Positions 18,471 through 28,289 of a stretch of DNA of 64,000 nt are shown here, piece after piece. The translations under genes and the position numbers were made by a program. Under the pieces are notes generated by a model. The model was not told the DNA's origin. It did no database searches and saw only the letters and a program-made list of their open reading frames with translations. Source of the stretch: Lentisphaeraceae bacterium (lineage in GTDB: Bacteria; Verrucomicrobiota; Kiritimatiellia; RFP12; DVOR01); contig SFJE01000002.1 in NCBI GenBank assembly GCA_004555175.1, positions 32,333 to 96,332 of the forward strand. The letters run 5' to 3'. Position 1 is the stretch's first letter. Each line of letters starts with the position of its first letter.

Positions 18471-21400
18471 ATGTACCTCAAAGCGCTTGAGATTCAGGGC
18501 TTCAAGAGTTTTGCCGATAAGACCCGACTGACCTTCGAGCCGGGGATGATTGCTATTGTTGGCCCGAATGGGTGCGGCAAGAGCAATGTCTCGGATGCGA
18601 TTCGCTGGGTCTTGGGCGAGCAGCGGCCGAGCGCATTGCGGTGTGGCAAGATGCAGGACCTCATCTTCAATGGCACCGACACGCGCAAGCCCTTGGGAAT
18701 GGTGGAGGTGACGCTACACTTCGCCGACTGCGAGGCGGCGCTCGGGACCGCTTATAGCGAGGTCTCGATTACCCGGCGGGCGGACCGATCGGGGGCCAAT
18801 ACCTACTTTCTAAACAAGACGCCTTGCCGCTTGAAGGATATCCAGCGTCTCTTTATGGGCACGGGCGTGGGGACGACCTCCTACTCGGTGATGGCCCAGG
18901 GGCAAATCGATGCCATCCTCTCTTCAAGACCCGAGGACCGCCGGGCGGTCTTTGAGGAGGCCGCCGGCGTGACGAAGTTCAAGGCCGACCGCAAGGAGGC
19001 CCTGCGTAAAATCGCCCAGACCGAGGAGAATTTGACGCGCCTGACGGACATCCTTCGCGAACTCAAGCGCCAGAGCACCCTTTTGCAGCGGCAGGCTGAA
19101 AAGGCCGAGCGGGCCCGGACATTGCGGACTGAATTGCGCGGGCTCGATCTCTTCCTCTCTAAGAAACGCGCGCGCGCGTTGGAGGCGGCGATTGCCGAGG
19201 CCGGGATGGCGGTGGCCCAAGCGGCCGGGCGGATTCTGGCCATTCAGGACGAGGCCGAGGCCGGGGCGCGGGCGATTGCTTCGGCTAATGAGCGCATCCA
19301 CGCCGGCGAAGAGCAGATTGCGCGCTTGATGGAGCAGGCGGCCGCCAGCTCGGCGCGTCACGCCCGGGCGCTTGAGATTATTCAGACCAATGAGGCGCGC
19401 GTGGAAGAGTATCGCCGCTGGGCCGAGGGGCTTGAGCGCGAGGCCGCCGTCGCCCGCGAACAGATTGCCAAGGCGCAGGCGAACCCCGAGGCTGGGCCCG
19501 ATTTGGAGCAGTTTGAGGAAGAGCGCGAGGCACTCCAAACCCTGCTCGAGGATGCGCAGGCTGAGTATGACGACCATCGGCAGATGTTGGAGGCCACACG
19601 CCGCGCCCTGCAGCAGGCGCGAGAGGCGTTGGCCCAGTGCGACCGTCAGCAACTGCTTTGGCAGCAGCGCCTCACACAGGCCGATGCCGAGCGCGAGGCA
19701 CAGTTGCTCCGGCGCGAACGATTAGCCGCCGAGGCCGCTGAAGCCAAGCGCCTCTTGGTCGAACGGCAGGCGGCCAAGGCCTCGGCCGAAAGCGAAGCCC
19801 AGGCCCATCGCGAGGCGGCTGAAGAGGCACGCGAAGCCTTGATTACCTTGGATGAAGACCGCTCCTTTGTGGCCGACGACCGCGCGCAAGCGCAGGCCCG
19901 CCAGGAGGCGCGTCGGCGGCAGAAGGCGGCCTTGGAGGCCCAGCGCGAGGTGCTACTCAAGCCCGCCGCTGGGGAGGTGCCCGATGGTGCCCTGCGCGTG
20001 CTCTCGCCGGATAACCCCTTTGGCGTGGCGCCGGGCGAGGTGTTGGGTCCGCTAGCCGAGGCGTTGGAGATTGCGCCGGAGGCGCGGCGGGCGGCCGAGA
20101 CGGCTTTGGCCCCATGGGCACGGGCGCTGGTGGTGCGGTCAGGCGAGGTAGCCCGACGGTTGCTCGCCCAGGCGCAAACGCACTGCCCGGAGGCGACCTT
20201 GCAGATGTTGGTGGCCGAGGCGGCAGGCGCACCGGTCTTACCCGGCTCCCTGGCTGAAGCGGTGCAGGCCAAGCCGGGCTTTGAGGGGGTCTGCGCGCGG
20301 ATCTTGGGAAGGATTTGCCAGGTAGCGGAATTGGCCGCGATACCGGCAGTGTGGCCGGAGGGGGTGCGGGCCTTTGTGACGCGCCAGGGGGAGATCATTT
20401 GGCGCACAGGCGATGGCGAGCGGCTGGCCGAAGGCTGCGCAGCCGACCCGGTGGCTCGCAAGGTGATGTGCGATGAGATTGCCGAGCGGATTGCCGCACT
20501 GGAGGGTGAGATGGCCGCCGAAGAGGCCACCTTGGCCGAGGCGCAAGCGCGGTTGGAGGCGATGACCGCCAAGCTACGCGATACGCAACGGGTTCTGGAA
20601 AAGGTTCAGCGGCAGGCTGACCAGGCCGCCGGCGCCCTGGCCGCCGCCACGCGCGATGAGCGCCAAGCTGCCGTGCGGGCTCAAGAGGCCGAGCGGGCGT
20701 TGGCTGAGGTTGAGGCCGATCAGACGCATGAGCGCGACGACCGAGAGGCCGCCCGGCAGGGGTTGGCCCAGTTGACGGCGGTGCGTGCGGCACGGACGCA
20801 GGAGAGCGCCGAAGCAACCGAGCGGCTGACCGCGCTGGAGGGGGCCTACGAGACAGCTTCGGCCCGGTTGAGCGAGGCGCGCTTTAAGATGGCCGGCTTT
20901 AACCAGAAGTGCGAGCATCTCTTGGCACAGCAGCGCGACCGTGAAGCGCGGTTGCGGGAGTTGGCGCAGACGGTGGCCCAGCGCGAGCGGAGCATCCAAT
21001 CGTGCACCGAGAACATTGCGCGGCTACAGCGCGAGAGCGAACAGTTGGTCGCCTCCCTTGCCTCACTCGACGAAGAGACGCAGGCGCTGCAGGGGCAGAT
21101 TGAAACCGCGCGGCAGGCGCGTCAGGCCTTGGCCGAAATGCGCGAACGCTTGGAACAGGAGACCGCTTCGGCTCGAAAGACATTGCTGGAAGCGCAGGAG
21201 GCCAAGACCAAAGCCGAAGTGGCAATGGCCGAGGGGCGCGAGCGGTATGCCGCCTTGATGGCGCGGCTGACGAATGAGTATGGCACCCAGCCCGAAACAT
21301 TGCAGGATGAACCGTGCGCCGAGTGGCCCGAGGGCGAAACGCCCGAGGATACGTGGTTGGAGGCGCGGATGGCCGACATTCGCGAAGAGCTCGAGCGCCT

Positions 21401-22028
21401 GGGGCCAGTCAACCTCTTGGCGATTGACGAATACAAGCAGTTGGAGGAGCGCCACGCCTTCTATCAGGCGCAGGCGGACGACTTGACGCGCTCGCGCGAT
21501 GAGTTGATGGCCCTAATTAAGACCATCAATGACACCTCTGGCAAGCGCTTCCGCGACACCTTTGACCGCGCCAACGCGAACTTCGAGCGGATGTTCACGC
21601 GCCTCTTTCACGGTGGCGAGGCCAAACTCGTCCTCCTGGATAACACCGAAGACCCCCTGGAGTGCGGCATTGACATCATTGCACGCCCCCCGGGCAAGCG
21701 GCCACAAACGATTTCGTTGCTCTCCGGCGGCGAGCGCACGATGACGGCCGTCTCACTCCTCTTCGCCATCTTCCTCATCAAGCCCGCCCCCTTCTGTCTG
21801 CTCGATGAGCTCGATGCCGCCCTCGACGACTCCAACATCGGGCGCTTTGTCGAGGCGCTCAAGGACTTCCTTATCCACTCTCAGTTCCTTATTATCACCC
21901 ACAATCAGCACACGATTGCCGGGTCGGACATCGTCTATGGTGTGACAATGCCAGAGAAAGGGGTCTCCAAGACGCTCTCGATGCGCTTTGGGGCCACTAC
22001 AGCCCCCCAGGAGGCCCCAAATGCCTAA
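18471..22028 (+). CDS. smc: chromosome segregation protein SMC
   Basis: Walker A GPNGCGKSN at the N-terminus, long coiled coils, a hinge, and C-terminal LSGGE signature with Walker B. About 1185 aa. Confidence 0.95.
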   Translation: MYLKALEIQGFKSFADKTRLTFEPGMIAIVGPNGCGKSNVSDAIRWVLGEQRPSALRCGKMQDLIFNGTDTRKPLGMVEVTLHFADCEAALGTAYSEVSITRRADRSGANTYFLNKTPCRLKDIQRLFMGTGVGTTSYSVMAQGQIDAILSSRPEDRRAVFEEAAGVTKFKADRKEALRKIAQTEENLTRLTDILRELKRQSTLLQRQAEKAERARTLRTELRGLDLFLSKKRARALEAAIAEAGMAVAQAAGRILAIQDEAEAGARAIASANERIHAGEEQIARLMEQAAASSARHARALEIIQTNEARVEEYRRWAEGLEREAAVAREQIAKAQANPEAGPDLEQFEEEREALQTLLEDAQAEYDDHRQMLEATRRALQQAREALAQCDRQQLLWQQRLTQADAEREAQLLRRERLAAEAAEAKRLLVERQAAKASAESEAQAHREAAEEAREALITLDEDRSFVADDRAQAQARQEARRRQKAALEAQREVLLKPAAGEVPDGALRVLSPDNPFGVAPGEVLGPLAEALEIAPEARRAAETALAPWARALVVRSGEVARRLLAQAQTHCPEATLQMLVAEAAGAPVLPGSLAEAVQAKPGFEGVCARILGRICQVAELAAIPAVWPEGVRAFVTRQGEIIWRTGDGERLAEGCAADPVARKVMCDEIAERIAALEGEMAAEEATLAEAQARLEAMTAKLRDTQRVLEKVQRQADQAAGALAAATRDERQAAVRAQEAERALAEVEADQTHERDDREAARQGLAQLTAVRAARTQESAEATERLTALEGAYETASARLSEARFKMAGFNQKCEHLLAQQRDREARLRELAQTVAQRERSIQSCTENIARLQRESEQLVASLASLDEETQALQGQIETARQARQALAEMRERLEQETASARKTLLEAQEAKTKAEVAMAEGRERYAALMARLTNEYGTQPETLQDEPCAEWPEGETPEDTWLEARMADIREELERLGPVNLLAIDEYKQLEERHAFYQAQADDLTRSRDELMALIKTINDTSGKRFRDTFDRANANFERMFTRLFHGGEAKLVLLDNTEDPLECGIDIIARPPGKRPQTISLLSGGERTMTAVSLLFAIFLIKPAPFCLLDELDAALDDSNIGRFVEALKDFLIHSQFLIITHNQHTIAGSDIVYGVTMPEKGVSKTLSMRFGATTAPQEAPNA

Positions 22029-22692
22029 GTCCCTCCCGGCGGCCCGCGCGCTGGTCGTCGAACTTGATCCGCTCCTGCTCGATGGCTTCACCCTCTCGGC
22101 CGAAACGCTCGATGAGCGACTGAAGAAGTATGGTCTGCCCGCGAACGATCCCTACCGCTTTGTTCGCCAAATCTACGGCAAACCCTTTAGCGAGGCGCTG
22201 GCGGCCCTGTTGCCGACAACGCTCGATCAAGCCCACGTGGAGCGGCGCCTAGCCGCCACTTATAGCGCCCTCTTGCAGCAGCGCGCCCAGCAGGTCCAGA
22301 CCACCATCCGCACGATGTTCCGCCCGCTAGCCGCCGCCGGAGTGCGCGTGGCCGTCATTACGCGGTTACGGGCTGATATTGTGGCCGAACTCGCGGTCGG
22401 GCTGCCCGGAGAGGTGCTGGCAATCTTCGACCCCTCGCCGCTGGCCGTTGGCCTTGCGCCCGAGACACTGCAGGCGGCCGTCGTGGCCCTGGCCGTGCCC
22501 ATCCGCGACTGCCGCGCCTTAGTGGCTTGCGGCGTGAGTGTGCGCTCAGCTGTGCGAATCGGGTTGCGAACGACAATCGTGCCTAGCGAAATGGTTGCCT
22601 TTGAGAATTGCGCTGGTGCCGATTGGATGGCCGAACGGCTCGACCGCGCCTTCCTCCGCCGCCTAAAGGTCTATCTTTGCGCAGATGCCTAA
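22021..22692 (+). CDS. hypothetical protein, possibly a degenerate HAD-like fold
   Basis: Overlaps the smc stop by 8 nt. Has an ELDPLLLDG block where HAD motif I (DxDG) would sit, without the first Asp. Confidence 0.35.
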   Translation: MPKSLPAARALVVELDPLLLDGFTLSAETLDERLKKYGLPANDPYRFVRQIYGKPFSEALAALLPTTLDQAHVERRLAATYSALLQQRAQQVQTTIRTMFRPLAAAGVRVAVITRLRADIVAELAVGLPGEVLAIFDPSPLAVGLAPETLQAAVVALAVPIRDCRALVACGVSVRSAVRIGLRTTIVPSEMVAFENCAGADWMAERLDRAFLRRLKVYLCADA

Positions 22693-22710
22693 ACGCACAC
22701 GCGCCCAACT

Positions 22711-22721
22711 TGTGATACACT
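22711..22721 (+). promoter_or_regulatory. extended -10 box TGTGATACACT upstream of nfu
   Basis: Followed by the AAGGAAG SD at 22732-22738 and the ATG at 22746. Confidence 0.4.
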
Positions 22722-22745
22722 ACGCCCCCGAAAGGAAGACTGACT

Positions 22746-22976
22746 ATGACCGAACTCAATGACCGTATTTGCGCCAAGCTCGAAGAACTCCGCGGCATGT
22801 TGCAGGCCGATGGCGGCGACTTGGAAGTCGTTAGCATCGAAGGCAAGGTTGTCAACCTGCGCCTACGTGGCGCTTGCGGTTGCTGCCCGCACGCGATGAT
22901 GACCCTCAAGAGCGGGATCGAACGCGTCTTGCGCGAAGAGATCGACCCCGAGCTGACCGTCGAACGCGTGATGTAA
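22746..22976 (+). CDS. nfu: NifU-like (Nfu C-terminal domain) Fe-S cluster assembly protein
   Basis: CGCCPH CxxC motif in a fold of about 75 aa. Confidence 0.8.
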   Translation: MTELNDRICAKLEELRGMLQADGGDLEVVSIEGKVVNLRLRGACGCCPHAMMTLKSGIERVLREEIDPELTVERVM

Positions 22977-22977
22977 G

Positions 22978-23415
22978 ATGGAGTTCCCGGCGCGAGAGCT
23001 GAAAACCTTGGGCGACACGGCAGCCCTTGCTGCCACCGTGGCGCCCCTGCTCGCTCCCGGAACGGCCCTCCTCTTGGAAGGAGATCTCGGTGCGGGCAAA
23101 ACCACCTTTGTCCAAGCCCTCGCCAAGTGTTTTGGCGTGGCGCGAATGGTAACGAGCCCCACCTTCACCCTGGCCAACGAATATCCCCTCCCGCAAGGCG
23201 GTAAGCTGGTCCACTACGACCTCTATCGCCTGGCCACGCCCGAAGGCATCTACGACCTTGGGCTGGAAGACGCGCTTGAATCCGGCGCGCGCCTACTCAT
23301 CGAGTGGCCCGAGCGCGCCCAGCGCGTCCTCGATCGCGAACTTCTCCACCCCCTTTGCCTCCGCCTGACGCACACGCCGCAAGGTACGCGCAAGGCGGAA
23401 TTGGTGCGCCTGTAA
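22978..23415 (+). CDS. tsaE: tRNA threonylcarbamoyladenosine biosynthesis ATPase TsaE
   Basis: P-loop GDLGAGKTTF, YjeE family size and motifs. Confidence 0.85.
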   Translation: MEFPARELKTLGDTAALAATVAPLLAPGTALLLEGDLGAGKTTFVQALAKCFGVARMVTSPTFTLANEYPLPQGGKLVHYDLYRLATPEGIYDLGLEDALESGARLLIEWPERAQRVLDRELLHPLCLRLTHTPQGTRKAELVRL

Positions 23416-23433
23416 ACCGGAAAGGAGCGCGCA

Positions 23434-24468
23434 ATGATCACCGATGAAATCCGCCAGTACCGCGAACAGTGGGGCGATCGCTTGCTCATCCTAGGGCATC
23501 ACTACCAACGCTCGGAGATTGTCGCCTGTTGCGATGCCGTTGGCGACTCCCTGGAGCTCTCGCGCCTGGCCGCCGACTCCAAGGCTGAGCGCATCGTCTT
23601 CTGCGGCGTGCGCTTTATGGCCGAGACGGCCGACATTCTCTCCCGCGCCGAGGATGGCCGCCCCTGCGGGCGCAGTGTGTGGTTGCCCGATCCGGCGGCT
23701 GGTTGCCCAATGGCTGACATGGCCACAGAGCCCGCGCTCGAAGCCGCGTGGCAAGCCCTGAGCGAGGTCGCTGGCGAGCCCTTGGTGCCGGTGGTCTATG
23801 TCAACTCTTCAGCTGAAGTCAAGGCCTTCTGCGGGCGCCATGGCGGCTCGGCCTGTACCTCAGGGAATGGCCGGCGAGTGGTCAAGCACTTCCTCGACCA
23901 GGGCAAACGCCTCTTCTTCGCCCCCGATCAGCATCTGTGTACCAATATCCTGCGCGAACTGGGCTATCCGCCTTCGGCCGTGGCGATCTGGCGGCGGGGA
24001 CTGGAACTCGGCGGCCTAACGGCCGATCGCATTCAGACCGCGCGCCTCATCGCCTGGGATGGCTGCTGCCCTATTCACGCCGGCTACACCATCCAGGATG
24101 TCTCCACCGCCAGAGCGCAACATCCCGGAGCACGATTGGTCATCCACCCCGAGGCCCCCTCCCCCGTTGCCGCGCTGGCCGATCAGACCGGCTCGACCCG
24201 CGCTATTATCGACGCCGTCCGGCGCAGCGATGAAGGCGAGACCTTCCTCGTCGGCACCGAGCAGCACCTTGTCGAGCGCCTAGCGCGCGACTTCCCCGGC
24301 AAGACTATCCACCCCCTGCGCCCCATTGTCTGTGGCGATATGGACCGCACCTCGCCCGAGCAACTCCTCGAACTCCTCACCACCTGGCCCGAGGAATGCT
24401 TGGTTCAGGTACCCGACGCGATTGTCCCCGATGCCCGCACCTGCGTTGAGCGGATGCTCGCGCTCTAA
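23434..24468 (+). CDS. nadA: quinolinate synthase
   Basis: NadA family conserved Cys and domain blocks (ILGHHYQ, VNSSAEVK, VGTEQHL). Confidence 0.85.
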   Translation: MITDEIRQYREQWGDRLLILGHHYQRSEIVACCDAVGDSLELSRLAADSKAERIVFCGVRFMAETADILSRAEDGRPCGRSVWLPDPAAGCPMADMATEPALEAAWQALSEVAGEPLVPVVYVNSSAEVKAFCGRHGGSACTSGNGRRVVKHFLDQGKRLFFAPDQHLCTNILRELGYPPSAVAIWRRGLELGGLTADRIQTARLIAWDGCCPIHAGYTIQDVSTARAQHPGARLVIHPEAPSPVAALADQTGSTRAIIDAVRRSDEGETFLVGTEQHLVERLARDFPGKTIHPLRPIVCGDMDRTSPEQLLELLTTWPEECLVQVPDAIVPDARTCVERMLAL

Positions 24469-24487
24469 CACCCCCTCCTTGAATGAC

Positions 24488-24523
24488 AAAAAGCGGGGCG
24501 GCCATTGGCCGCCCCGCTTTGTT
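24488..24523. terminator. bidirectional intrinsic terminator between convergent nadA and the repeat protein
   Basis: Perfect 11-bp GC stem (gcggggcggcc attg ggccgccccgc) flanked by AAAAA on one side and TTTGTT on the other. Confidence 0.7.
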
Positions 24524-24538
24524 ACGCTGGCTTTAGGT

Positions 24539-24997
24539 TCACTCCCAGTGGCCCGGCACCCAGACACGCGTGGCTTCTCGCCCATCCGGCGTCCGTGTCA
24601 CGCGCCAATAGCCCTCCACCCAGGTGCGCGGCGTGCCAACCTGCGGCTGAACCACAGGCTGTTGCACAACCACCGGCTGCTGGACAACAACCGGCTGTTG
24701 CACCACCGGCTGCTGCACCACAATGGTGCGCTCTTCACGAATAACCGGCTCGGGCGTGACGAGCGGCAGGGAGATGCCAATCGCGCCGTAGCGCCCAACG
24801 CGGGTGCCAATGCCCAGCGAGACTCCGCCGGGGCAGAAGTTAAGCCCCCAGCCCCAAGAGGGCGCCTTCCAATGGCGGTTATGATGCACCGGCGGCGGAG
24901 GCGGCGGTGCAGGACGGTGCGCGGGTCCCCGCGGCCGAGCCTCAACCGAAGCCACCGCACACAGGGTCAAGAACGATGCTAACAAGACTTTCTTCAT
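24539..24997 (-). CDS. secreted protein with (V)VQQP tandem repeats and a Trp-rich C-terminus
   Basis: Strong AAAGGAG RBS. Signal peptide MKKVLLASFLTLCAVASVEA, a PPPPPP tract, VVQQPVV repeats encoded by a ~15-bp DNA tandem repeat at 24640-24730, and a C-terminal W-x-x-G-x-W-type motif. Confidence 0.6.
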   Translation of the reverse strand: MKKVLLASFLTLCAVASVEARPRGPAHRPAPPPPPPVHHNRHWKAPSWGWGLNFCPGGVSLGIGTRVGRYGAIGISLPLVTPEPVIREERTIVVQQPVVQQPVVVQQPVVVQQPVVQPQVGTPRTWVEGYWRVTRTPDGREATRVWVPGHWE

Positions 24998-25123
24998 AGC
25001 ACTACTCCTTTCGTTTACGCCCATAGGATAACACGCAAGCGGAGCGCGAAGCAAGCAATAAACATACCTCTAGGTATGTCTGCATACAACTGTAGGCACC
25101 CACCCCCACTCCACTGCGCGGTC

Positions 25124-26242
25124 CTAGCAGCGATGGAGGTGGTAAGTCTGGGTACCGATGCCGAGCCGCTCGGCGTGGACAAGGCAGGAGCGCCAGTCGG
25201 TCTCGGGGGAGACGCGGCCAAAGTGGTCGCGCTCAGGATGGGCGGGGGCGTTCTTAGCCAGGAGCGAGCCGGGGAGCGCGGGCTGAGCGTTGACGGCATC
25301 GGCGCAAGCGCGATCGAGGGCCACGGGGTCGAAGGAGGCGAAGAAGCCAATGTCCGGGACGATGGGGACATCGTTCTCGGCGTGGCAATCGCAGAAGGGG
25401 GAGACGTCGATGGCCAGGGAGATGTGGAAGTGGGGGCGGCCGTGGACGACGGCAAGGGCGTACTCTGCCATCTTGCAGTTGAGGACATCGTTGGCTTCGT
25501 CGTACTGCGGCTCGATGGCATCGCGCGGACAGACGCCAATGCAACGGCCGCAGCCAACGCAGCGGGCGTGGTCGATGGCGGCCTTGCCATTGGCCAGAAT
25601 TGGAGCATCATGGGCGCAGATGGCGCGACAACGACCGCAGCCGACGCAGGCTTCGGTGGCAACGACAGGCTTGCCGGCCGCGTGCATCTCCATCTTGCCA
25701 GCGCGCGAGCCGCAGCCCATCCCGAGGTTCTTGAGCGCGCCCCCAAAGCCGGTCAGCTCGTGGCCCTTGAAGTGGTTGAGGGAGATGACGATGTCGGCAT
25801 CCATGATTGCCCGGCCGATCTTGGCGCGCTGGACGTAGGTGCCGCCGGGGACCGGAACCTCGACTTCATCGGTGCCCTTGAGACCGTCGGCGATGATTGT
25901 GTGCACGCCTGTGACGAGGGGGTTGTAGCCATTGGCGTAGGCAGAATCGAGGTGGTCGAGGGCCTGCTTGCGCCCGCCAACGTAGAGGGTGTTACAGTCG
26001 GTCAAGAAGGGGCGTCCGCCAAGGCGCTTGATAAGGTCACAGAGCGTACGCGCGTAGTTCGGGCGCAGGAAGGCTAGGTTACCCGGTTCGCCGAAATGGG
26101 TCTTCACCGCCACGAAGCGACCGGCAAAGTCAATCTGCTCAATGCCGGCCTTGAGCATGAGCTTCTCGAGCTTCTTCTGCAGACCGTCGCCCATGGCCAC
26201 GGTGTGAAGGTCGGTAAAGTAGACATCGGAGGGGTGCTGCAT
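25124..26242 (-). CDS. DUF362 domain protein with 2x[4Fe-4S] ferredoxin motifs
   Basis: DUF362 N-terminal region plus CVGCGRCRAICAHDAP and CVGCGRCIGVCPRDAI motifs. Confidence 0.65.
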   Translation of the reverse strand: MQHPSDVYFTDLHTVAMGDGLQKKLEKLMLKAGIEQIDFAGRFVAVKTHFGEPGNLAFLRPNYARTLCDLIKRLGGRPFLTDCNTLYVGGRKQALDHLDSAYANGYNPLVTGVHTIIADGLKGTDEVEVPVPGGTYVQRAKIGRAIMDADIVISLNHFKGHELTGFGGALKNLGMGCGSRAGKMEMHAAGKPVVATEACVGCGRCRAICAHDAPILANGKAAIDHARCVGCGRCIGVCPRDAIEPQYDEANDVLNCKMAEYALAVVHGRPHFHISLAIDVSPFCDCHAENDVPIVPDIGFFASFDPVALDRACADAVNAQPALPGSLLAKNAPAHPERDHFGRVSPETDWRSCLVHAERLGIGTQTYHLHRC

Positions 26243-26249
26243 AAGGCTC

Positions 26250-27617
26250 CTATTCAATCATTTGGATGGTTTCCCAGCGCCCGCGCAGAAAGCGAATCAA
26301 GAGACCGCAACCGGCGAGCGTAACGTAAAGGACAATCGACAGCCACAGGGCCACAATCCCAAAGCCGGCCAGATAGAGGCCAAAGAGCGCAGGCATCCAC
26401 AGAAAAACGGCCACCGAGCAGACCCAGCCCATCACGAAGTGCGTGTCGCCCGCGCCCTTCAACGCGCCGCCCAAGACGATGTTCCAGGTATCAAAGAGCG
26501 CCCAAACCAGGAAGATAACGATGAGCTTTTGACTCAAAGGAAGGAACTCGGCGTAGGTGAAGGGGGCGTGCGCGGGGAAAAAGGCACGCAGGATAGGGCC
26601 ATTGAAGCCTAGGATAACCGCCGTGCAGAGGACCAGGTAGCCCCAGCCCAAAAGCACGCAGTTGCGGCCAACGCGCCGAGCGCCGACGACATCCCGCTCG
26701 CCCATACACTGCCCCGTGAGAATGTTCGCCGCCATTCCTAACCCCATCAGCGGGGCAAAGACCAGATGATTGATCGAGAAGGCGATATTGCTCGCCGCAA
26801 ACGAGAGCGCGTCCAACCGCCCGGTCAGAAAGACAAAGACCGTAAAGGTGCCCACATCCAACAAGACATGGCTTCCGCTGGGCAAACCAAAACGCATCAC
26901 CCTCAAGAGCTCCTGCGTCTGCCAAGCGAAGGCCACGCGCCGGCGGCGACGCGTGGCAAAGTGTGTTTCGCGGCAGAGCGCCACCACCAAAATCGCCAAG
27001 ACGAGATACTGCGCCAACGCCGTTGCCAATCCAGCCCCGGCGATGCCGAGCTCCGGCAACCCCCACCACCCCCAAATCAGAAAGGGATCAAGCGCCACAT
27101 TAAAGACATTCCCCGCCACATTGGCCACCATCACCAAGCGTGTAAAGCCCTGTCCGGTGAAGAAGCCAGAGAGCGCCGCCACAAAGGGAATCGCCAGGCT
27201 GCCAAAGACAAGCATCCGGTAGTAGCTCACCTCCTCGTTCACCACCTCAGGCGCATGGCCCACCAGCGCAAAGAGCCAGTTCCCCAGCGGCAACGTCAAG
27301 AGCAACACCGGCACGCACAGCACCGCCAGCCAGACCCCCTGCCCCATCGCCCGCGCACAGGCTGCCCGCGCCCCCGCGCCGGCATACTGCGCCACAAAGG
27401 TCCCCGAATAGGCCACCACATTCTGCAAAAAGGCCAGGATGATAAAGCTCATCAATCCCGCCGGCATCGCCGCCTGAATGCTCACGGCACTATAACGCGC
27501 CAAGAAGAGGCGATCGGCAAACATCATTACCGCCTGCGCAGCCATCGCCAACACCAATGGCCAAGCCACCGTCAGGCACGACCCCAGACTGCCACGTGCG
27601 TGCGTCCGTTCCGCCAT
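26250..27617 (-). CDS. MATE family efflux transporter
   Basis: 12-TM topology and NorM-like conserved blocks. Confidence 0.85.
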   Translation of the reverse strand: MAERTHARGSLGSCLTVAWPLVLAMAAQAVMMFADRLFLARYSAVSIQAAMPAGLMSFIILAFLQNVVAYSGTFVAQYAGAGARAACARAMGQGVWLAVLCVPVLLLTLPLGNWLFALVGHAPEVVNEEVSYYRMLVFGSLAIPFVAALSGFFTGQGFTRLVMVANVAGNVFNVALDPFLIWGWWGLPELGIAGAGLATALAQYLVLAILVVALCRETHFATRRRRRVAFAWQTQELLRVMRFGLPSGSHVLLDVGTFTVFVFLTGRLDALSFAASNIAFSINHLVFAPLMGLGMAANILTGQCMGERDVVGARRVGRNCVLLGWGYLVLCTAVILGFNGPILRAFFPAHAPFTYAEFLPLSQKLIVIFLVWALFDTWNIVLGGALKGAGDTHFVMGWVCSVAVFLWMPALFGLYLAGFGIVALWLSIVLYVTLAGCGLLIRFLRGRWETIQMIE

Positions 27618-27620
27618 CGC

Positions 27621-28289
27621 CTAGCCCCTGGCACCCTCGGCGCAAAGGGCCTGCACCCGCGCCACCGTCACCTCGCGCAAACTCTCTACCACCGGATAAC
27701 CGGCTCGAACTAGGCGCTCAGGCGTCTGGTGACCCGCTGCGCACAGCAGACACTGCCACCCCTGCGCGCGCGCCACCTCGGCATCATGTAGCGTATCGCC
27801 AATAAGCACCACCGGCCCGCGCAAAGCCAACCGTTCAGCAGCCTTGGCCTTTGAGGCGCCCTCGTAGTTGCTGCTGCCCAGCACAAAGTCCATTCCCTCG
27901 GCCAACCCGAACTGCTGCAACTGCATCTCCAGCAACCCCTGCTCCAGCGCCGAGAGAACCCCCTGACGCAGGCGCCCTTCACGGAAGGCGCTTACGCACT
28001 CACGCGCCCCCGGCTGCAGCCGCAGGTGCTTGGAGAAGAGGTAACGCAGATGAAAACTCTCGGCGAGGGCCTCCCAGTCGAAGGGCGTAGCCGGCGCCAT
28101 CCCTAGCGAGTGATAGAAGGAAGCCACGGGGAAGTCGAAGCGCCGGCGGTAATCCTCGCGCGACAGGGGCGGGAGGCGATGGGCGCGCAGAATGGCATTG
28201 AGAGCATCAAGGCACGCCTGCAAATCGTCGATCAGCGTGCCATTGAAGTCCCAAATCACAGTCACAGGGGAGGTTGAAGGCGGGGTCAT
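27621..28289 (-). CDS. HAD-superfamily hydrolase (phosphoglycolate phosphatase-like)
   Basis: Motif I VIWDFNGTL, with motif II and III blocks present. Confidence 0.75.
   Translation of the reverse strand: MTPPSTSPVTVIWDFNGTLIDDLQACLDALNAILRAHRLPPLSREDYRRRFDFPVASFYHSLGMAPATPFDWEALAESFHLRYLFSKHLRLQPGARECVSAFREGRLRQGVLSALEQGLLEMQLQQFGLAEGMDFVLGSSNYEGASKAKAAERLALRGPVVLIGDTLHDAEVARAQGWQCLLCAAGHQTPERLVRAGYPVVESLREVTVARVQALCAEGARG

Noticed and set aside
24640-24730. Short tandem DNA repeats as a possible CRISPR array (also the KPVEQ repeats near 29800 and the 42-bp repeat at 12229)
   Set aside because: All are in-frame coding repeats inside ORFs. They have no spacer structure and no cas genes.
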